Positions 58,070 through 64,000 of a DNA stretch of 64,000 bases are shown here, piece after piece. The stretch covers positions 3,008,001 to 3,072,000 of the forward strand of contig OZ219754.1 in NCBI GenBank assembly GCA_964291295.2, in the 5' to 3' direction. The notes beneath the pieces are model-generated. The model did no database searches. It was not told the DNA's origin and saw nothing but the letters and a program-made list of their open reading frames with translations. The position numbers were made by a program, and so were the translations under genes. Each line of letters opens with the position of its first letter. Position 1 is the first letter of the stretch. This DNA comes from an uncultured Candidatus Binatia bacterium. Its GTDB lineage: Bacteria > Desulfobacterota > Binatia > UBA9968 > JAJDTQ01.

Positions 58070-61000
58070 TCACCAGCACAGCGCACCGCGCAGCATGAGG
58101 CCCTGCTCGCCGTTGGTCCAGGGCCGGCTTGTGCCCTCGATTCCCAGGGCGACCCCCGAGCCCAGGCGGTAGCGCGCGCCCAGGCGCAGCGTGCGCTCGC
58201 CCGACTCCGCCAGGCTGAGCCCGGCATAAGGCGTCAGCAGCGCCGGGCCGGCGATGCCGATGCCGTGCCCCAGCTCCGCCTCCAGACGGCTCTCCTCCGC
58301 CCCCGCCCCGCTGTCCGTGGCCAGGCCGTAGTCGAACAACCCCCCCACACCGCTTGCCGTGCGACCGTGGGCCGGGCCGAAGCTCAGATAGCTCCCCCGA
58401 CCGTCCGCCCCGGGGTCCAGGATCACCAGGGCGCTCACGCCCCATTCCTTCCGGTCCCGCTCGTGCACCGCCAGCATCCGGGCGCGCAACTCCGCGGTCA
58501 GACGGGCACCCGGGTCGCGCCAGATCACGCCGGCCCCCACCTCCACCCCGCCGCCCTGCCCAACGTCGCCGTCGTCATGACGCACGCCCACTTCCAGCGC
58601 CGGCGTCAGCGTCGCATCGCCCCCGACCCGGTGCTCCCACGACCCCTCCAGCATCAGCCGCAGTCGGCTCGCCTTCACCGTCAACTCCCTCAGACCGTCG
58701 CTGGCCTCCGTGCCCAGTTGGACCAGGGAGCCCTCCCCCTTCACCGCCACTCGCGTGGTGCCCCCGGCAATGATCTCCGTATCCTCCATCAGAACCCCGC
58801 GCCCGCCCGCGGCCCCACTCCATTGCGACAGGTCCGCCGTGCGCGCCGCCGCTCCCGCCTCGGCGATCCGCACCTCGCCCCTCCCGTAACCCGCGCTGGC
58901 CCACAGCGTCGTGCCGTCCGCACGCAGCCACGCCAGATACGGATTCACCGACACCACCCGGCTCTCGTGCCTGCTTTTCGTCCGGTCGCCCCTCTTCGAC
59001 ACCGCATCCACCTTGCCCTTCGCATACGACACCGCCGCCCCCGCCAGCAGGTCCGGGCGAACCCGAACGTCCGCCCCCAGATACCCCGACCACAGCCCGC
59101 CCTCCCAGGAAAGATCCCGCTCCGAACCCGACAGCGACCGCCACTCGCCCACTCCCCACAACGCCGGCACCGCCGCCCCTCCCGCCCCCGAAGCACCCAG
59201 CGGCAGCGCGAAGGAGGCCCCGTCCAGCATCTCCCGCAGGCCCGGTCCCCCTTGCCCCGGGTCTCCCAAGCCAACCCACTTCTCCTCCACCGCCTTCCCC
59301 GGCGCCGCTCCGAAGCGCACCGCACCGCCCACACCGCCATCCGACACCGCTTCGATCCGCCTCGTCACCGCCTCCAGCGTCTGCGACAGCGCCATCGCCG
59401 CCACCTGCGGCAGGATCGCACGGTTCACCCGATCCGCCCCCTCCGACGAACCCTCTTCCAGAACTCCCTCCGCCTCCGCATCCACCCCCACCGCATAACC
59501 ATCCGCCGCGTTCAGCGTGATGCCGTACGACTCCCGGCCTTCCACCTCTCCATCCGTGCGGGTGGGGATCATCACCAAACCCCTCCGGCTCGCCGTGGCG
59601 CCGAACACCGCATCCAACGAACGCGGCCCCAGTCCCCCCGGAAGGTCCTCCGCATCGAAGCCGCTGCCGTCGCGCGCCGCCAGCGTCAGGCTCACCGTCA
59701 GATTGCCCGTCAGCGCACGGTCCGAGGTCACCACAAGGCGGATGTCCTCCCCCTCGCTCACCGCCGCCGGGTCCGTCTCCAGACTCAGCACCGGCGTCGT
59801 GTCCCTCACCCGCACCACCACCGAGGCGATGCTCACCGAATCATAGCCCCCGCCCCTCGCTCCGTGCGTCAGCGTCGCCCTGTCGTCCGCCGTGTCCGCG
59901 TCACGAGCCGCGCTCACCGTCACCCCCTGCGCTTCGCTCCAGTTCGACACCGTGAAGCTCAGGCGCCGCGGCACCACCGTCACCTCCCCCGATGCCCCGC
60001 CCACCGTCACCGTCACCGTCCCCGCGGGCTCCGCACCCAGCACCACCGTGTAACTCCCGGTGCCGCCCTCCTCCACCGTCAGCGCCGCCGGCGTCACCCG
60101 CACGCTCCCGCCCGCCGCGGGAGGCGCAGGCGGCGTCGGCGTTGTCCCGGGAGGCGTGGATGGCGGCGTGGCGCCCGTCGGCGTCGCGCTCACCGGCGCA
60201 TCCGGGCCAGCGCCGTTGCCGGCACCGTTCACCGCGCGCACCTCGAACTGATACGCGGTGCCGTTGGTCAGCCCGCTCACCTCGTAGCTTGTGGTGCTCG
60301 CTCCGGAGCCCCCGATGTCCGTCCAATCGCCCCAGGCCCCGCCGCCGGCCTTCCGCCGGTATTGCCACTTCGTGATGGTCGGATTGCCCGCGTCCGTCCA
60401 GCTCAGCGTCACCGAACCGTCCCCCGCCGCCGCCGCCAAGCCCGTCGGCTTCGCCGGCACCACGCCGCTCTCCGTCACGCTCACCACCACCGAGGCGATG
60501 CTCACCGAGCCGTAGCCGCCCCCCGAGGCCCTGTGGGTCAGCGTCACGGCGTCGTCCGGCGTCGTGTCCAGGTCCGTCCCCGCGCTCACCATCACCGTCT
60601 GCGGCATGTTCCAGTTGCCCGTGGTGAAGGTCAGCGTCGCATTCGCCACCGTCACGTCCCCCGACATGCCCGACACCGTTATCGTCACATCGCTCGACGG
60701 CGCCGTGTTCAGCCGCATCGTGTAGGCGCCGCTGCCGCCCTCCGCCACCGTCAGCGCCGCCGTCGACACCGTCACCCCCGGCGCATCCGCCACCGTCACG
60801 TCCACCGTGCCCGCATTCGGTATCGCATCCACCGTGGCCCCCGTCAGCCGAAAGGCGTGGTTGATGGTCGCCGTGCCGTTCTTGACCCCGGTCACCGTCA
60901 CATCCTGCGCCGTGCTGTAGTTGTCCACGGTAAACGTCAGACTCGGCGGACTCACCGTCGCCGTGTCCGTGTCGTCGCTCTTGACCGACAGCGTCCCCGC

Positions 61001-63610
61001 ATCCGCCTTCGTCAGCGCCACCCTGTAGACCGCCGTGGAACCGGGCGCCACCGTCACCGGCGCTCCGGTGATCGTCAGCGCGTTCGTATCGGTGTTCATG
61101 AACGTGACCGTGCGCTCGTTCGACCAGGGGCCCTTGACATCCGACCTGCCCAGCAATAAGGAATCGCCCGATGCCCGAATCGCCACCTCCACCGATGCTC
61201 TGTTCGGGTAGGGAGCAGCGGAGCCGAGGATCGCCGACGAGGTGCGCCGGGAGTTGCCCCTCGCGGTGGATACGTTCCCGCCGTACGCCGTCCAGGTGGT
61301 GGACCCCTTCAGCCGATGCCCCGTTTGCCACCAGACGGCGCTGGCACCCCCGCCGTCGATGTAATCGACCGCGGTCGAGCCGGCATGGGTCCAGGTCAGC
61401 GTGAGATTCCGATTGGTCGTTGAAGTGGCTGCCGTCAACACCGGCGCCACCGGCGGATTCGGCGTCGCCGTCACCTCCTCCGACGCCGCGCCGTTGCCGT
61501 TGCCGTTCACCGCGCGAATCCTGAACGCGTAGACCGTGCCGTTCTTCAGGCCCGGGATCTGGTGCTTCACCGTCGCCGCGCCGGAACCCGTCATCCGCAT
61601 CCACGAACCGTAGTTTCCGGTACCGGCCTTCTGCCGGTACTCCCAACGGGTGATGCTGGCGTCGCCCGGATCGGTCCACGTCAGGTAGACCCACGTGTCG
61701 CCCTTCGTCGCGCCCAAGCCCGTCGGCTTGGCGGGGGCCGTAGCGGGCTCCGCCGGCGTCGCCCGCACCACCGCCGACGCGGCGCTGTTGCCGCCGCCGT
61801 TCTGCGCCCGGATGCGAAAACGGTACGCGCTGTCGTTGTCCAGACCCGTCACCGTGTGGTTCGTGGTGTCCGCGTCCGAACCGGAAATGTCGGTCCAGCT
61901 GCCCCAGGCGGCGCTCCCCTTCCTCTGCTGCACCTGATACCCCGTGATCGAATCGTCCTCCGGGTCCGTCCACGACAGCGTCACCTGACCGTTGCCCGCC
62001 TCCGCCGACAACCCCGTGGGCTTGGCGGGGGACCCTGCCGGCGTCGCGGTGACTTCGTTGGAGTAAGGAGGTGCTGTTGTCTGGATCCTCACAGGCGGGG
62101 GGCTTGTGACTCCGCGCGTGACCTTGAAAGTGTATGCGGCGCCGTTTTCCAGACCTGTCACGGTGTGCGTTCGGATGGCCTTGCCGCCGGGCATCTCCTC
62201 GCCCAAGCCGTTGTAGCTTCCGCCGCCTTTCTTCTGCGCGTACCGCCAGTGATCAAAAGCCTCCCCGTCGTCGTTGGTATAGGTCCAGGACAACGTCACC
62301 TGCCTGTCCCCCGGCGCGGCGGTGAGAGTGATGGTCGGCCCGGTCGCCGCCGCATCGTTCAGGGTGCCGTCGGCGGTCGCATCGGTGCCGACCGCGTAGG
62401 TGACGTTGGTGGTCCTCTGGCTCAGCGTGATCCGGTAGGCCTCCGCGCCCTCGGTGGCCGAGTCGGTGCTGGTCGGGATGGTCACCGTGCCCGTCGTGCC
62501 GGGGACGGGGGAGCCGAAGGCGTTGGTGCTGCCGAAGTTCGCAGTGAACTCGCGCGGCCCCAGCGTGCCGGCAATGTCCGCCGCCGTGAAAGTGCTCGAA
62601 CTCCGGGCCGCCAGCGTCAGGCGCACGGGCCAGTTGCCGAATATCGACCTGTCGGAGGTCACCGTCAGACTGATGTCCGTGCCCTCGGTCACCGCCGCCG
62701 GGTCGGTCAGCAGCTGGAAGGTCGGCGTCGTGTCGGTCACCGTCACGTCCACATCGTCGATTTCGAGCGAGGCGCCGTAGGCCGTGTCGGAGCTCGACGC
62801 CGCGTGCGTCAGCGTTGCCGTGTCGTCCGTCGTGTCCCCGTCGCTGGCCGCGTTCACCGTGATCGTCTGCGCCGTGCCGAAGTTGCTCGGCGTGAAGGTC
62901 AGCGGCGAACCCATCACCGACACGTCGCCCGAAGCGCCGCTCACCGTGATCGTCACGTTCGCCGTGGGCGCCTTGTCCAGCTTTACCGTGTAGGTGTCGC
63001 TGCTCCCCTCAATCATCGTCAGCGATGTCTTCGAAAGCGTCACCCCGGCGGTGGGCGGATTCGGCGTGGCGCTCACTTGGCCGCTTTGACGGTAAGCTGT
63101 ATTGGTCGCAGTCTGCAAGTAGACAATGAACTGATAAGAGGTTCCGTTCGTCAGGCCCGTTACCATGTGGCTTCTGGTGCCGGCGTTGGAACCTGGAATA
63201 GCGATGGGTGTCCCAGCCCAGGTAAATCCGCCGCCATTGATCTTGTACCCCCACTTGGTTCCCACACCGGTGCTGGACAGAGTCCAACTGAGCGTGACCT
63301 GCCCGTCGCCCGGCGTTGCGGTAAGTACCGGCGCCTGCGCCTGCGCCTGCGCGTCCTGCGGTGCGAGGACAGCGGCCAGCGCGATGAGGAAGAGGACAGC
63401 GAGTCCCGCCTTCAGGCGGCGGGCGGTTCTTTCGAGGGCGCCCACCGGCTCAGCCCCGCGCCCGGTTTGTTCGCAATGCCGGCTGTCGGAACACCGGTTG
63501 CCGGAGTGCTCGGGGGGGGGGGGGGGTACGGGGTTCGCGCGCGAGGCGCTCGCGCCCCGCCCGGACTGCCGCAGGTCGCACATCCCGACATCGCCCGGCG
63601 TCCGCGTCAT
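58070..63610 (-). CDS. Large autotransporter-like adhesin with fibronectin type III and Calx-beta-like repeats
   Basis: Repeated PAKPTGL...GDG.VTLSW...W.Y...TGLTNGT.Y.F.VRAVN Fn3 units, V.EG....YTV.L...P...VT.TV units, and a C-terminal amphipathic barrel (LTPYAGL...RLGARY...LRGALCW); GGAGG RBS before ATG at 63610. Confidence 0.88.
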   Translation of the reverse strand: MTRTPGDVGMCDLRQSGRGASASRANPVPPPPPEHSGNRCSDSRHCEQTGRGAEPVGALERTARRLKAGLAVLFLIALAAVLAPQDAQAQAQAPVLTATPGDGQVTLSWTLSSTGVGTKWGYKINGGGFTWAGTPIAIPGSNAGTRSHMVTGLTNGTSYQFIVYLQTATNTAYRQSGQVSATPNPPTAGVTLSKTSLTMIEGSSDTYTVKLDKAPTANVTITVSGASGDVSVMGSPLTFTPSNFGTAQTITVNAASDGDTTDDTATLTHAASSSDTAYGASLEIDDVDVTVTDTTPTFQLLTDPAAVTEGTDISLTVTSDRSIFGNWPVRLTLAARSSSTFTAADIAGTLGPREFTANFGSTNAFGSPVPGTTGTVTIPTSTDSATEGAEAYRITLSQRTTNVTYAVGTDATADGTLNDAAATGPTITLTAAPGDRQVTLSWTYTNDDGEAFDHWRYAQKKGGGSYNGLGEEMPGGKAIRTHTVTGLENGAAYTFKVTRGVTSPPPVRIQTTAPPYSNEVTATPAGSPAKPTGLSAEAGNGQVTLSWTDPEDDSITGYQVQQRKGSAAWGSWTDISGSDADTTNHTVTGLDNDSAYRFRIRAQNGGGNSAASAVVRATPAEPATAPAKPTGLGATKGDTWVYLTWTDPGDASITRWEYRQKAGTGNYGSWMRMTGSGAATVKHQIPGLKNGTVYAFRIRAVNGNGNGAASEEVTATPNPPVAPVLTAATSTTNRNLTLTWTHAGSTAVDYIDGGGASAVWWQTGHRLKGSTTWTAYGGNVSTARGNSRRTSSAILGSAAPYPNRASVEVAIRASGDSLLLGRSDVKGPWSNERTVTFMNTDTNALTITGAPVTVAPGSTAVYRVALTKADAGTLSVKSDDTDTATVSPPSLTFTVDNYSTAQDVTVTGVKNGTATINHAFRLTGATVDAIPNAGTVDVTVADAPGVTVSTAALTVAEGGSGAYTMRLNTAPSSDVTITVSGMSGDVTVANATLTFTTGNWNMPQTVMVSAGTDLDTTPDDAVTLTHRASGGGYGSVSIASVVVSVTESGVVPAKPTGLAAAAGDGSVTLSWTDAGNPTITKWQYRRKAGGGAWGDWTDIGGSGASTTSYEVSGLTNGTAYQFEVRAVNGAGNGAGPDAPVSATPTGATPPSTPPGTTPTPPAPPAAGGSVRVTPAALTVEEGGTGSYTVVLGAEPAGTVTVTVGGASGEVTVVPRRLSFTVSNWSEAQGVTVSAARDADTADDRATLTHGARGGGYDSVSIASVVVRVRDTTPVLSLETDPAAVSEGEDIRLVVTSDRALTGNLTVSLTLAARDGSGFDAEDLPGGLGPRSLDAVFGATASRRGLVMIPTRTDGEVEGRESYGITLNAADGYAVGVDAEAEGVLEEGSSEGADRVNRAILPQVAAMALSQTLEAVTRRIEAVSDGGVGGAVRFGAAPGKAVEEKWVGLGDPGQGGPGLREMLDGASFALPLGASGAGGAAVPALWGVGEWRSLSGSERDLSWEGGLWSGYLGADVRVRPDLLAGAAVSYAKGKVDAVSKRGDRTKSRHESRVVSVNPYLAWLRADGTTLWASAGYGRGEVRIAEAGAAARTADLSQWSGAAGGRGVLMEDTEIIAGGTTRVAVKGEGSLVQLGTEASDGLRELTVKASRLRLMLEGSWEHRVGGDATLTPALEVGVRHDDGDVGQGGGVEVGAGVIWRDPGARLTAELRARMLAVHERDRKEWGVSALVILDPGADGRGSYLSFGPAHGRTASGVGGLFDYGLATDSGAGAEESRLEAELGHGIGIAGPALLTPYAGLSLAESGERTLRLGARYRLGSGVALGIEGTSRPWTNGEQGLMLRGALCW
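63512..63526 (-). repeat. C15 homopolymer on the coding strand of the autotransporter 5' region
   Basis: 15 consecutive G on the + strand, encoding PPPPP in frame. Confidence 0.9.
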
Positions 63611-63737
63611 GATCTCATCCTCCCGTCCCGAATTCCTGTCGAATTCCGGGCTGCCGAGCCTGCAAGACCCCAGCAAACCCGTCGCTGCAACCTGTAACCC
63701 GTCCGCAGGCCGATTTCAACCTGCGCCGCGCCCGACA

Positions 63738-64000
63738 CAGGACTTTCCCATGATGGGGGTTGGGATGAGGGCGGGGCAGAGGGGGGTAGGTGCCTTTCAT
63801 GCGGTTGTCGGTGCAGGGGTACTCTCCGGGGATGAGCGCCGGGCCGGGTGAGCCGGGGATGGGCCTGGCGGTGGAGTGGCCTGCGGGGGTGGTTGGGGCT
63901 GGGGTTCCGGGACGTCGGTGGCCGGGTCAGGGCGGCGAAGGCTTGGCCCCGGTCGAGTTGCAGCCGTCGGCGGGTTTCGGTGAAGCTCTCGGTGTCGCGC
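63738..64000 (-). mobile_element. IS-like element end (copy 2), continues beyond the window
   Basis: Diverged direct repeat of 56738-57005; minus frame reads RDTESFTETRRRLQLDRGQAFAALTR... Confidence 0.55.

Noticed and set aside
58070-63610. Diversity-generating retroelement or shufflon acting on the adhesin
   Set aside because: No reverse transcriptase, invertase or adenine-specific TR/VR pair is visible in the window.
1-64000. CRISPR array, tRNA or rRNA genes
   Set aside because: No regularly spaced repeats or recognisable structural RNA motifs were seen by eye; a covariance-model scan was not run.

Overview
High-GC bacterial chromosomal segment with about 50 genes. It is dominated by organic-acid, aromatic and heterocycle metabolism and transport: three TctC solute-binding proteins, two TctA(B) permeases, an RND pump, three MFS and one EamA transporter, a xanthine-oxidase-family molybdoenzyme (M-L-S), a Tat-less DMSO-reductase-family enzyme with a fused ferredoxin-NrfD partner, an atypical SdhA-like flavoprotein with a mini 2Fe-2S protein and SthA, pcaHG, a two-subunit CoA-transferase, a TPP enzyme, an acyl-CoA ligase and a full mrpABCDEFG antiporter operon. 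The last 7.3 kb is accessory. Two diverged copies of an IS-like end, 7,000 bp apart, bracket a decayed ygfZ and a ~1,846-aa Fn3/Calx-beta-like autotransporter with an in-frame C15 tract near its 5' end, a candidate phase-variation switch. A 99-bp IS5-type MITE and a hicBA islet are also present. I saw no rRNA, tRNA or CRISPR array. The gene content suggests a marine, possibly sponge-associated deltaproteobacterial/Binatota-like organism (inference only). All calls rest on motif recognition by eye; no searches were run, and I cannot establish that any system here is truly undescribed.
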